Shown in pieces: positions 54,938 through 64,000 of a stretch of 64,000 bases of DNA (position 1 is its first letter; the number at the start of each line of letters is the position of its first letter). The translations under genes and the position numbers were made by a program. The DNA comes from an uncultured Gemmatimonadales bacterium (lineage in GTDB: Bacteria; Gemmatimonadota; Gemmatimonadetes; Gemmatimonadales; Gemmatimonadaceae). The notes under the pieces were generated by a model. The model did not search any database and had not been told where the DNA came from. It saw only the letters and a list, made by a program, of their open reading frames with translations. The stretch spans positions 2,432,001-2,496,000 of the forward strand of contig OY969695.1 in NCBI GenBank assembly GCA_963701965.1. Direction: 5' to 3'.

Positions 54938-55498
54938 TCAGACAGCGGCCCCGGTCCCACGGTTTATAGACTCGATCGCGCCCAGGACTTCATCGACCGT
55001 GGCCTGGCCCTTGTCCCGCGCATACCAGGCGCGGATCGCCTTGTAGCGCTCCTCTTTGGGCAGCGCCATCCCCTCCGAGACCGTCCACGCCTGGATCGCG
55101 CGCGGACGCGGTCCCCACCAGGCGCGCTCCTCGTATCCGGCGTCGAGGATCATGACGACAGGGATCGACCGCGACCGGCCCGTGAGATGCGCGTCCATGA
55201 GATCCGGGTTGGCATCGCGCTCGATGATGCGCAGCGAGATATTGGGCGCGCGCTCGGTGAGCCGCGCGAGCACCGGGACGGTGTTGACCGCATCGCCGCA
55301 CCAGTCCTCGGCCAGCACCAGCAGGTGCCAGGGACCGCCGAGCGCCGCCGCCCGGGCCACCGCGGCGTCGGAGACCTGGGCATGGGCGTACACGCCGCGC
55401 CACAGATCCACGTTGGCGGTGGCCGCCTCGACAAAGGCGTCGAGCGGGAGTCCGCCCTCGAAACGTTCGCGCAGCGAGAGCGAGGCCGGCGCCGTCAC
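54938..55498 (-). CDS. Thioredoxin-family protein (monothiol WCGD)
   Basis: LAEDWCGDA, RSIPV, WGPRP. Confidence 0.85.
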   Translation of the reverse strand: MTAPASLSLRERFEGGLPLDAFVEAATANVDLWRGVYAHAQVSDAAVARAAALGGPWHLLVLAEDWCGDAVNTVPVLARLTERAPNISLRIIERDANPDLMDAHLTGRSRSIPVVMILDAGYEERAWWGPRPRAIQAWTVSEGMALPKEERYKAIRAWYARDKGQATVDEVLGAIESINRGTGAAV

Positions 55499-55956
55499 GA
55501 CGCTGCCGGGGTCTGGAGGGCGGCGAGCTGGGATTGCACTTGTCGCCGGAATTCGAGCGGCGCCGCAATGTTGGGGTACGACTCGCGCGTGCCCCCGCTG
55601 CCGGTGATCGTCACGGTGCCATAGTCGAACAGGCGGCCCACCAGCGTCTGATCCACCCCAATGCCCTCGACCTTGCCGAGCATGAGCTCCAGCGTGCGCC
55701 GTTGCATGGCGCCGACCGCGACAATGACCCGGTGATTCGTCACGGCGAATTCCGCCGACGCGCGCCGCGCCCACACGCCCAGCCACACCAACGCGGCGAT
55801 CGCCAGCGCCGGGATGGCCAGCAGCCACAGGTTCAGGACCCCTCCGGCGATCGCCACCAGCACGAAGGGCACGACCCACAGGTACGGCAACCGGTAGAGT
55901 GAGGCCCGATAGACGATGCGCTCGCCCGCGATCAGGTTGCGTTCGACGTATCTCAT
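55495..55956 (-). CDS. Membrane protein with bacterial PH domain
   Basis: Two TMs, EFAVTNHRVI, VDQTLVGRLFDYGTVTI. Confidence 0.8.
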   Translation of the reverse strand: MRYVERNLIAGERIVYRASLYRLPYLWVVPFVLVAIAGGVLNLWLLAIPALAIAALVWLGVWARRASAEFAVTNHRVIVAVGAMQRRTLELMLGKVEGIGVDQTLVGRLFDYGTVTITGSGGTRESYPNIAAPLEFRRQVQSQLAALQTPAAS

Positions 55957-57880
55957 GTCGGAGAGACGATCGAGGCGATCGGATCGTCGATCTCCTCCTC
56001 TTCGCGATTCAACCGGTCGCGGAGCGTGGCCGCGTGGCCGAGGAGGAACGGCACCGCGATGACCACGACATTGGGGCGGAACAGGAACGCCGTGCGGATG
56101 TACAGCGCGGTCTTGTTGTGGAGCAGGTGCTCCCACCAGTGCTTGGGCACGATCTCCGGCACCACGACGCTCACCAGCTCGCCCATGGTGTCGCACCGCA
56201 GGGAGTCGACATACCGCACCAGCGGCCGGATGATGGAACGGTACGGCGACGGGACGACGACGAGATCGACCCCAATGTCCCACTGTTCCCATTCGCGCTG
56301 GATCGCTTCCGTGGCCTTGGGATCGACCTCGACGTAAACGGCCCGGACATCATCCGAGATCGTGGTCGCGTAGACCAGCGCGCCGGCCGTGGCTTTGGAG
56401 ATGCCGTTGATCGGCACGATGACCGTGTGCCGCAGCGGCGCGATCGGGCTCCGTCCGTCGAACTTGATGGCGTCGGCGAATTTGACGTAGTGGCGGTGGA
56501 TGGCGACCAGCAGCAGAAGCAAGGCGGAATGATCAGCACCACGATCCAGGCGCCCGTGGTGAACTTGGTCCACACCTGGATGACGCTGACGATGCCCGTG
56601 GCCGCCGCGCCCAGTCCGTTCAACGCCGCCCGCCACTGCCACCCACTGTCGCGGCAGCGGAACCAGTGCACGACCATGCCCGCTTGCGACAGCGTGAAGC
56701 AGACGAACACGCCGACGGCGTACAGCGGGATCAGGGCATTGGTGTTGCCCCGGAAGATCCAGATCAGGAAGATCGCCAGCAGCGCGAGCGTGACGATGCC
56801 GTTGGAGAACGCCAGGCGGTCGCCACGCGCGGCAAGCTGCCGGGGCATGTACCGATCGTTGGCCAGGATGCTGGCCAGCCGCGGGAAGTCGGCGAAGGCC
56901 GTGTTGGCGGCCAGGACCAGCACCGCGAACGTCGCGTACTGCAGGGCGTAATACCAGAATCCGGTGCCGAAGACCCGGTGTCCCAGCTGCGACAGGACCG
57001 TTTCGCCGAGCGGCTGGACGGTCACCTGGTAGTGGTGGGCGAGCAGGCTCGTACCCAGGAAGAACACGGCCAGGATGCTGACCATCCACACCAGCGTCGT
57101 GGCCGCGTTCCGGGCCGCGGGCTGTTTGAAGACCATGACCCCGTTGGAGATGGCTTCCGTGCCCGTCATTGCCGAGCAGCCCTCGGAGAACGCGCGCAGC
57201 AGCAGGATCTGAAACGCGAACCCGATCGGGATGATGCCGGGGTGGGTGACGGGCAGGGTGGCGACGACCGGCGTGACGTCGGGTGCATGCGCGAACCAGT
57301 GATAGAGGCCGCTCGCGATGAGCCCGATCATCATGGCGATGAACGCGTACGTCGGCACGCGGAACGCGGCGCCCGAGTCCCGGACGCCGCGCAAATTCAC
57401 CACCATGAGGACCAGCGCCGCGGCGACGCAGAAGAGGACTCGTCGGGGCGCGAGCGTGGGATAGGCCGACGCGATCGCGTCGACTCCGGACGCGATCGAC
57501 ACCGAGACGGTCAGGATGTAGTCGGTAAGCAGCGCCGCGGCGGCCACGAGTCCCGGGGTGACGCCCAGGTTCTCGCGGGCCACTGTGTAGGAGCCGCCGC
57601 CGCCCGGATACGCGAAGATCGTCTGGCGATACGAAAGGCCGACGAGGACGAGCAGCGCGACAATGACGCCGGAGATGGGGACGACGTACTGGACCGCGGC
57701 GGCGCCCAGAACGGCCAGGACGATCAGGATCTGGTCGGTGGCGTAGGCGACGGACGAGATGGCGTCCGACGACAGGACAGCCAGGGCGGTGACTTTGCCG
57801 AGCCGCTCATGGTCCAATCGCTCGCTGGCGAGTGGACGACCGAACAGCAGGTTTTTCAGGTGACGAAAAATTCGGCCCAT
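55953..57880 (-). pseudogene. KimA/YdaO-like APC permease with a 1-nt frameshift at ~56525
   Basis: GRPL, SSDAISSVAY, YPGGGGSY, TGTEAISNGV; the frame switches at IIP / ALLLLLVAIHRHY and continues to SPYRS, WWEHLLHN. Confidence 0.8.
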
Positions 57881-57918
57881 TCCTGTTGAATTTTAGCCGG
57901 GGCGGTAGAATTCAGGCT

Positions 57919-58464
57919 ATGGCCGCCTTTTACCGGGATGGCGAGCGGTACCCACTTGACGGCGAACGGAGCGTCATTCGCTTCGAGCTGCACAACTTGG
58001 GCATCCCGACCCTCAGGGGCACGCTCCACCCGCGGGCCGGCGAGATCGTCGTGGGCGCTGAAGCCGCGGTACGCTCAGCCGACTTTCACGTCGACGCCGC
58101 TAGTGTGCGAATTGACGGGCACAACCCCCACGCCGGGATCGTGGACCGCCTTTTCGGCAGCGACGACCACCCGACGATCACCTTCACCACGACGTGGGCG
58201 CGGCCGGTTGGTCACGGCCGGGTGGAGCTCGAAGGCATCCTCACTATGCACGGGGCCGAGCATCTCTTCAGCCTGCGTAGCGAGGGCGGCGCTTGGGAAC
58301 CGGGGAGCGGCGCCATGTGGCACCGCGGCACCGCGCGCGGCGTGCTGGATCGCACCACCTGGGAAAACCGGCGCCACACGTTGCGCGACGTGGCCGATCT
58401 GCTGCTCGGCCACGACGTGCACTTGGTGGCCGAGTTGTACGCGGGCCCCCGCCCGAACCAATAG
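57919..58464 (+). CDS. YceI-like protein
   Basis: SVIRFEL, HPTITF, EGILTMHG, GVLDR, LGHDVHL. Confidence 0.7.
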   Translation: MAAFYRDGERYPLDGERSVIRFELHNLGIPTLRGTLHPRAGEIVVGAEAAVRSADFHVDAASVRIDGHNPHAGIVDRLFGSDDHPTITFTTTWARPVGHGRVELEGILTMHGAEHLFSLRSEGGAWEPGSGAMWHRGTARGVLDRTTWENRRHTLRDVADLLLGHDVHLVAELYAGPRPNQ

Positions 58465-58490
58465 CCGAGTCTGCCGCTAAGTAGGGCCTC

Positions 58491-58928
58491 TCACGCTTGC
58501 AGCCGATATCCTACTTTCGACACGGTCAGGATATGGCGCGGTTCCGACGGCACGGCTTCCAGTCGCCGCCGCAGCTCGAAGACGTGGGTGTCCACCGTCC
58601 GCGTGGCGCGCGGATCATGCCAATGCCATACCTCGGCCAGCAGCTCGGCGCGCGAAACGACCGCGCCACGCCGGCGAACGAGGGCCACCAGCAGATCGAA
58701 TAACTTGGGGCTCAGCGACACGGCCTGGTGGCCGCGCACGACGGTACGCGTCATGGGGTCGACCGTGATATCGCCGAACTGCTCGCGCGCCGCGGGCATG
58801 GGCGAGACGATGGCTCGGCCCTCCTCGCCTCCCAGCTCGCGCAGGATGCGGAGGCCGTCCCGCTCCGGTACTATGACCTGGAGCGCGACCCACCGGCCAT
58901 CGATCGGGACTTTTTCGGGCATCGTCAC
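58491..58928 (-). CDS. OmpR/PhoB-type winged-helix protein without receiver domain
   Basis: LSPKLFDLL, VVSRAELLAEVW, TRTVDTHVFELRRRLE, HILTVSKVGYR. Confidence 0.82.
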   Translation of the reverse strand: MTMPEKVPIDGRWVALQVIVPERDGLRILRELGGEEGRAIVSPMPAAREQFGDITVDPMTRTVVRGHQAVSLSPKLFDLLVALVRRRGAVVSRAELLAEVWHWHDPRATRTVDTHVFELRRRLEAVPSEPRHILTVSKVGYRLQA

Positions 58929-59102
58929 GATCGCATTGTAGGTCCACGAACCTGACTCCAGCCACGATTCGGGGATGAATCGCGCCGGGGGTGTGACCGG
59001 GCGCCGCTCGGCGCGTCGAACCGCGTAGCACCCACGTTGCGCCATACTCCCCCGGGTCGTCGCGTTTCACCCCCCTTACCGAGCGTTTCGTCCCCTATCA
59101 TG

Positions 59103-59134
59103 TTGCTCTCGCGTCATCAACCCGTACATTCGGC
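59103..59134 (+). promoter_or_regulatory. Probable susC promoter
   Basis: TTGCTC-16 nt-TACATT; TACATTCGGC recurs at 63817 before the second susC. Confidence 0.5.
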
Positions 59135-59201
59135 CCGTTGAGTTTTAAGGACGTAGTACGACGGAACCAGGACCTGGATCTAACACTCCGGAGGTAAGCC
59201 C

Positions 59202-62200
59202 ATGAAATCAGCTTTTCGTCTGCTTCTCCTTTCGTCGTTGTCGCTCGCCGGGCCACTGGAGGCGCAACGCGGCGCCGTCAGCGGCCAGGTGACCGACAAG
59301 GCGAACGGAGCGCCCGTGCCCGCCGCATCGGTGGTCATCGTCGGCACGTCGCGCGGGACATCGACGGCGTCCGATGGTCGGTACCACATCGCCAATTTGC
59401 CGGCCGGCCCCGCGCAAGTTCGCATTCTCCGCCTGGGTTTCGAGCCCCAGACCCAGACCATCCAGATCACCGACAACGGGACGGCCACGGCGGATTTCGC
59501 GCTCAATCCGTCCGCGGTCACGCTCGACCAGGTCGTCGTGAGCGCGACCGGCGAGCAACAGCGGCAACGCGAGACCGGGAACGCCGTCTCCACGATCAAT
59601 CCGGATTCGGTGGCCCAACCCGCGGTGGCCGATTTCTCGGACATGCTCAACTCACGCGCGCCCGGCGTCTCTATCGTACAGCAGTCGGGCACCACCGGCG
59701 GCGCGTCCAAGATCCGCATTCGCGGCGCGAACAGCGTCTCGTTGAACAACGACCCGCTGCTCGTCATCGATGGCAATCGCGTCGACAACAACTCGAACTC
59801 GATGTCGGCGAACCTGTTCACGGGCGGCCAGACCATCTCGCGGTTCAATGACCTGAACCCGGACGAGATCGAGGATGTTCAGATCCTCAAGGGTCCGGCG
59901 GCTTCGGCGCTGTACGGCACGGCCGGCGCCAACGGGGTCATCCTGGTCACGACCCGACACGGCGTGCCCGGACACACCAAGTGGTCGTCGCACGCCGAGT
60001 ACGGCTCGGTCCGCGACTACACGAACTACCCGCCGAACTTCCTCGCCAATGGCATCGTGCTGGATGGCAATGGCGTGCCGACCAGCGATTCCACCGGCCA
60101 GTTCAACTGCTTCCTGTTCGAGCAGGGGCAGCCCAACGGTTGCAACATCCTGCCCTCGACGCTGATCGCGTTCAACCCAATGAGCGTCATCTCGCCGTTC
60201 GTGGCCGGCTATCGCGAGAGCTATGGCATCACGGCGTCCGGCGGCACCGAGAACCTCACGTACTTCCTCGGCGCCGACGACTACAACGAGCAGGGCGTCT
60301 ACATCAATAACCGCGACCGCCGCACGAACCTGCGCGCGAACTTCGGCGCCCAGCTTTCGTCGGTGTTGAACGCGAGTGTGAACGTCGGCTACCTCCAGAG
60401 CCGCCTCAGCCTGCCGCAGAATGACAACTCGCTGTACGGTGTGATCGGCCTGTCCCTGACCGGCGGCGCCATCAACGACCCGGTGTGCCACGGCTTCTTT
60501 GCGTGCGTGACGCCAACCAAAGCCAATCTGCTGCTCGCCGAACAGGACAACGACCGGTTCACGACCAGTGGATCGTTGAACTACCACCCGACGAACTGGT
60601 TCTCGGGCGTCGCCAGCGGCGGCCTCGATCTCGGCAACCGGTTCGACAATCTCTTCGAGCCGGCCAACGTCCTGCCCGGATCCCAAGGGGCCGGACTTGG
60701 CACCGCGGCGCCGGCACCGTACACACTCTACACGTACACCGCGAACCTGAGCGGCACGTTCAAGTTCGATCTGTCGTCGACGATCCGGTCCACCACCACG
60801 ATCGGCACGCAGTTCGTGGACGAATCGGCGCGCGGCATTCTGGCGTCCGGCGCGGGTATCGTGCCGGGCACGACCAACCTGGAGGGCGCGACCAGCCAGA
60901 AGACCGCGAACCAACCGGACTCCGAAGTCGTCACGTTCGGCGGCCTGGGATCGCAAGAGTTCTCGTGGCGCGACAAGGTCTTCCTGACGGCGGCCGTCCG
61001 CGCCGACGAAAGCAGCGCGTTCGGTAAGAACAACGACCTCGTCTGGTACCCGAATTTCAGTGCCTCATGGGTCATCGGCGAGGAGCCGTTCTTCCCCAAG
61101 TCGGCGATCGTGAGCTCGCTGCGACTGCGCGGCGCCTACGGCGAGTCGGGCCAGCGTCCGGATTTCCGTCAGGCCGAAACGTTCTACCAACCGATCGGCC
61201 AGACGAAGACCGGCATCGACCTGGGCGGCCTGACGCTGGGCGGTCTGGGCTTCCCGAACCTCAAGCCCGAGATCTCGCGCGAGATCGAAGGCGGCCTCGA
61301 CGTCGGGTTCTGGAAAGACCGCATCAACGCGACGTTCACGTTCTATAACAAGACGACGACCGACGCGCTCATTGCCGTTCCCGAAGCCGCGGACGTCTGC
61401 GGCGACACCCAGGTCGAGATCTGCAACGTCTTCCAGAACCTGGGCACGGTCAACAACAACGGCTTCGAGTTGGGCCTGAGCGGCACGGTCGTCAACACCA
61501 AGCCGTTCCGCTTCGACATGACGGTGAACGGATCGGAGAACAACAACAAGCTGCTGAAGCTGGGCCTGGCCGCACCGGTGTTGATCAACACCGCGATCGA
61601 CAATCCGGTGCAGGAGCACATCGCGGGGCACACGCTGGGTGTGTACTTCGCGACGCCCTACACGTTCAAGGATCTCAACCACGACGGGATCATCGAGCCC
61701 AACGAGATCACGCTGGGTAAGAATCCGGTCTTCCTCGGCGGCCCGAACCCCAAGGGCGAGTGGACGCTGTCGCCGGAATTCACGTTCTTCGGTCTGATCA
61801 AGGTCGGCTCGCTGTTCGATCGCCGCTATGGATCGCGGAACCTGAACTTCTCCGAGGAGTTCCGCTGCTTCGCCGCGTTCAACTGCGCCGCGGAGTACGA
61901 CAAGAAGGCGTCGCTGGCGTCACAGGCGGCGTTCGTGGCGGCATTCAACGACAACACCGACTACGGCTACATCGAGAACACGGCGTTCTGGAAGTGGCGC
62001 GAGCTGTCGGTCACGCTCATTGCGCCGCGGCCGTGGCTGCGCTTCTTGCACGTGTCGGATCTCAATATCCAGTTGGCCGAGCGGAACGTCGCGACGTGGA
62101 CGCATTACACGGGATACGATCCGGAGCTCAATTTCCAGAGCACGGGCTCGAATTTCTCCACGGCGGATTTCCTCACGCAACCGTTGGTGCGCTACTACAC

Positions 62201-62225
62201 GATGCGCATCAATGTCGGCCTCTAA
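59202..62225 (+). CDS. susC: SusC/RagA family TonB-linked outer membrane protein
   Basis: GGAGG RBS, signal peptide, IRIRGANS, PLLVIDG, ILKGPAASALYGTAGANGVILVTT, LKPE. Confidence 0.92.
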   Translation: MKSAFRLLLLSSLSLAGPLEAQRGAVSGQVTDKANGAPVPAASVVIVGTSRGTSTASDGRYHIANLPAGPAQVRILRLGFEPQTQTIQITDNGTATADFALNPSAVTLDQVVVSATGEQQRQRETGNAVSTINPDSVAQPAVADFSDMLNSRAPGVSIVQQSGTTGGASKIRIRGANSVSLNNDPLLVIDGNRVDNNSNSMSANLFTGGQTISRFNDLNPDEIEDVQILKGPAASALYGTAGANGVILVTTRHGVPGHTKWSSHAEYGSVRDYTNYPPNFLANGIVLDGNGVPTSDSTGQFNCFLFEQGQPNGCNILPSTLIAFNPMSVISPFVAGYRESYGITASGGTENLTYFLGADDYNEQGVYINNRDRRTNLRANFGAQLSSVLNASVNVGYLQSRLSLPQNDNSLYGVIGLSLTGGAINDPVCHGFFACVTPTKANLLLAEQDNDRFTTSGSLNYHPTNWFSGVASGGLDLGNRFDNLFEPANVLPGSQGAGLGTAAPAPYTLYTYTANLSGTFKFDLSSTIRSTTTIGTQFVDESARGILASGAGIVPGTTNLEGATSQKTANQPDSEVVTFGGLGSQEFSWRDKVFLTAAVRADESSAFGKNNDLVWYPNFSASWVIGEEPFFPKSAIVSSLRLRGAYGESGQRPDFRQAETFYQPIGQTKTGIDLGGLTLGGLGFPNLKPEISREIEGGLDVGFWKDRINATFTFYNKTTTDALIAVPEAADVCGDTQVEICNVFQNLGTVNNNGFELGLSGTVVNTKPFRFDMTVNGSENNNKLLKLGLAAPVLINTAIDNPVQEHIAGHTLGVYFATPYTFKDLNHDGIIEPNEITLGKNPVFLGGPNPKGEWTLSPEFTFFGLIKVGSLFDRRYGSRNLNFSEEFRCFAAFNCAAEYDKKASLASQAAFVAAFNDNTDYGYIENTAFWKWRELSVTLIAPRPWLRFLHVSDLNIQLAERNVATWTHYTGYDPELNFQSTGSNFSTADFLTQPLVRYYTMRINVGL

Positions 62226-62241
62226 CCCGGTGACCTCACCC

Positions 62242-63645
62242 ATGACGAAAACGATCGCGCTTGGCCTCGTCGTGCTGGCGGCCGCCGCGTGCAATCCCAA
62301 CGCCGCGCTCAAGCCAAAAGACGGGGGAGTCGTAACCACGGTCAACGCCGGGTCGCTGCCCGGCATCTATATCGGTGCGCTCAGCGACTTCCAGGTCGCG
62401 TGGTCCGGCGCCGGCAATGAAGCCAACGGCGGACACGAAGGCAACGTCGGTCTCTCGGCGATTTTCACCGACGAGCTGACCGCCGCCGGTCTCGATGAAT
62501 TCACGTTCCGGCGGAACTTGGACAGCCGCCAGGCCACGCCGTCCAATCCGCAGTTGGCGGGCATTTTCAATGATTTGTCCGGCGCGCGACACTCGACCGA
62601 GAATGCCGCGGCCGATTTCGCGAAGTTCGCTCCGAATGACCTCGGACGTGCCGAAATGCTCGCCCTCGAGGGCTACACATACATCGTCTTTGCCGAGATG
62701 TGGTGCACGGGCATTCCGTTCGGCGAGTTGACGTCGGACGGGAAACCGATCTACGGGACGCCGCTGCGGACGGGGCAGATGGACACCATCGCGCTCCAGA
62801 AGTTCGACTCGGCCACCGCGCTGGCTAAAGCGGACACCAGCAACCAAACCATCCTGGCCCTGACGCAAGTCGGTCGGGCCCGGGTCCTACTCGATCTGGG
62901 TCAGTTCGACGCGGCGGGTGCCGCGGCCGACTCGGCCTTGGCGGGCGATCCCCAGCTCGTCTATCAGATGGAGAATTCGCTCAACTCCGGGCGCCAGTTC
63001 AACGGCGTCTGGCAGTTTGTGCAAGGGAACAACGCGTGGGGCGTCGTCGACAAGAAGGGCGGCAACGGCTTGAATTTCATTTCCGCCCAGGACCCGCGTA
63101 TCCTGTGGGTCGACAGCCATCAGGTCGGCTCGCTCGGCGTCGATACCCCGTTCTTCGACATGAAGTATCCCACGAAAAACTCTAGCATCACGCTGGCCAG
63201 CGCCACCGAGGCCACGCTGATCAGCGCCGAGCGCGATCTCCACGACGGGAATGTCTCGTCGTGGGCGAGCAAGCTCAACGGACTGCGGGCGGCCTCGGGC
63301 CTCGTCCAGACTGTGTTCGACACGATCACCGTGTCACCGCTCAAGGTCGACACGCTCCGCGGGCCTCTGCCGGCACTCACCGCGGATTCGACCACCGGGG
63401 CGTCCGACTCGCTCAGGGTCGAGGTGCACTTCCGGGAACGGGAATTCTGGCTGTGGCTCACGGGCACCCGCTTGGGCGACCTGCGGCGACTCCTGAATCA
63501 GACCCAGTACCCCCAAGGCCAGTGGGGAACGCACAACGACTTCCCGCTGAACGAACCCGGCAGCGACGTGCGGTTCTCGGTGCCGGTCACCGAGCAGAAC
63601 AACCCGAACTTCAAGCAGTGCGGAGATGTCGGACACGAGCAATAA
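62242..63645 (+). CDS. susD: SusD/RagB-like lipoprotein
   Basis: Lipobox AAAC, GRARVLLDLG, EATLISAE, REREFWLWLTGTRLGDLRR, EQNNPN. Confidence 0.85.
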   Translation: MTKTIALGLVVLAAAACNPNAALKPKDGGVVTTVNAGSLPGIYIGALSDFQVAWSGAGNEANGGHEGNVGLSAIFTDELTAAGLDEFTFRRNLDSRQATPSNPQLAGIFNDLSGARHSTENAAADFAKFAPNDLGRAEMLALEGYTYIVFAEMWCTGIPFGELTSDGKPIYGTPLRTGQMDTIALQKFDSATALAKADTSNQTILALTQVGRARVLLDLGQFDAAGAAADSALAGDPQLVYQMENSLNSGRQFNGVWQFVQGNNAWGVVDKKGGNGLNFISAQDPRILWVDSHQVGSLGVDTPFFDMKYPTKNSSITLASATEATLISAERDLHDGNVSSWASKLNGLRAASGLVQTVFDTITVSPLKVDTLRGPLPALTADSTTGASDSLRVEVHFREREFWLWLTGTRLGDLRRLLNQTQYPQGQWGTHNDFPLNEPGSDVRFSVPVTEQNNPNFKQCGDVGHEQ

Positions 63646-63703
63646 GTAGCCGCTGCTCTCAGTACTGAACTAACTCTGTAGTCGTCGGGTAGTCGTACCA
63701 CCT

Positions 63704-63741
63704 CGCAGGCCGGAGCGCATACGCTCCGGCCTGCGTGTCTT
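63704..63741 (+). terminator. Hairpin terminator after susD
   Basis: 14-bp stem CGCAGGCCGGAGCG-CATA-CGCTCCGGCCTGCG followed by a weak T tract, TGTCTT. Confidence 0.65.
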
Positions 63742-63869
63742 CCCCCCCAGCGTCGCATTCGACACGCGCGATCGCGCCTTCGTCCCCGGGCGCATCGAGA
63801 CCCGCGGACGCAATCCTACATTCGGCGGTTCACCCACACGCGCGCGATCGACGCGCGGGAGGATCGCCT

Positions 63870-64000
63870 ATGTTCCCACGTTTCTGTCTGTCTGTGCTGT
63901 CCGCGGAGCTCGCTCTTCTGGCCATGGCCGCGGCACCAGCCCGCGCCCAACGAGGCAGCGTCACCGGACACGTCAGTGACCGGGCCAACGGGGCAGCCGT
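63870..64000 (+). CDS. Second SusC-like protein, N-terminus (truncated by window edge)
   Basis: GGAGG RBS; AQRGSVTGHVSDRANGA parallels AQRGAVSGQVTDKANGA of the gene at 59202. Confidence 0.75.
   Translation, partial: MFPRFCLSVLSAELALLAMAAAPARAQRGSVTGHVSDRANGAA

Overview
High-GC bacterial window, most consistent with Gemmatimonadota (inferred from gene content such as SusC/SusD pairs in a GC-rich genome; not verified). It holds an amine/amino-acid catabolic operon (1-9011), an ECF sigma factor coupled to an HTH-less LexA/S24 autopeptidase, an ATP-grasp/LLM pair, an egtB-egtD-egtA operon with a betaine-type ABC importer, a receiver-TrxR / 2x cNMP-histidine kinase / UBP zinc-finger module, tldD/tldE, a partly deleted LacI-controlled beta-glucan (GH144-like) uptake locus, a full-length Lhr helicase, a penicillin acylase, a degenerate [FeFe]-hydrogenase-like membrane protein, a frameshifted KimA-like permease and tandem SusC/SusD genes. 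No rRNA, tRNA, CRISPR array or transposase was seen. Two signals stand out. (1) A dispersed structured repeat, hairpin(GCA loop)-RTYCAACCGAC-hairpin, is present at least 6 times. Its stem sequences differ between copies but stay paired, and three copies sit in frame inside two unrelated proteins, adding the same peptide IPAQPGSVQPTxDLA. (2) The sigma factor / self-cleaving S24 pair is a candidate RecA-triggered sigma/anti-sigma switch. All protein calls come from motif recognition by eye, not database searches.
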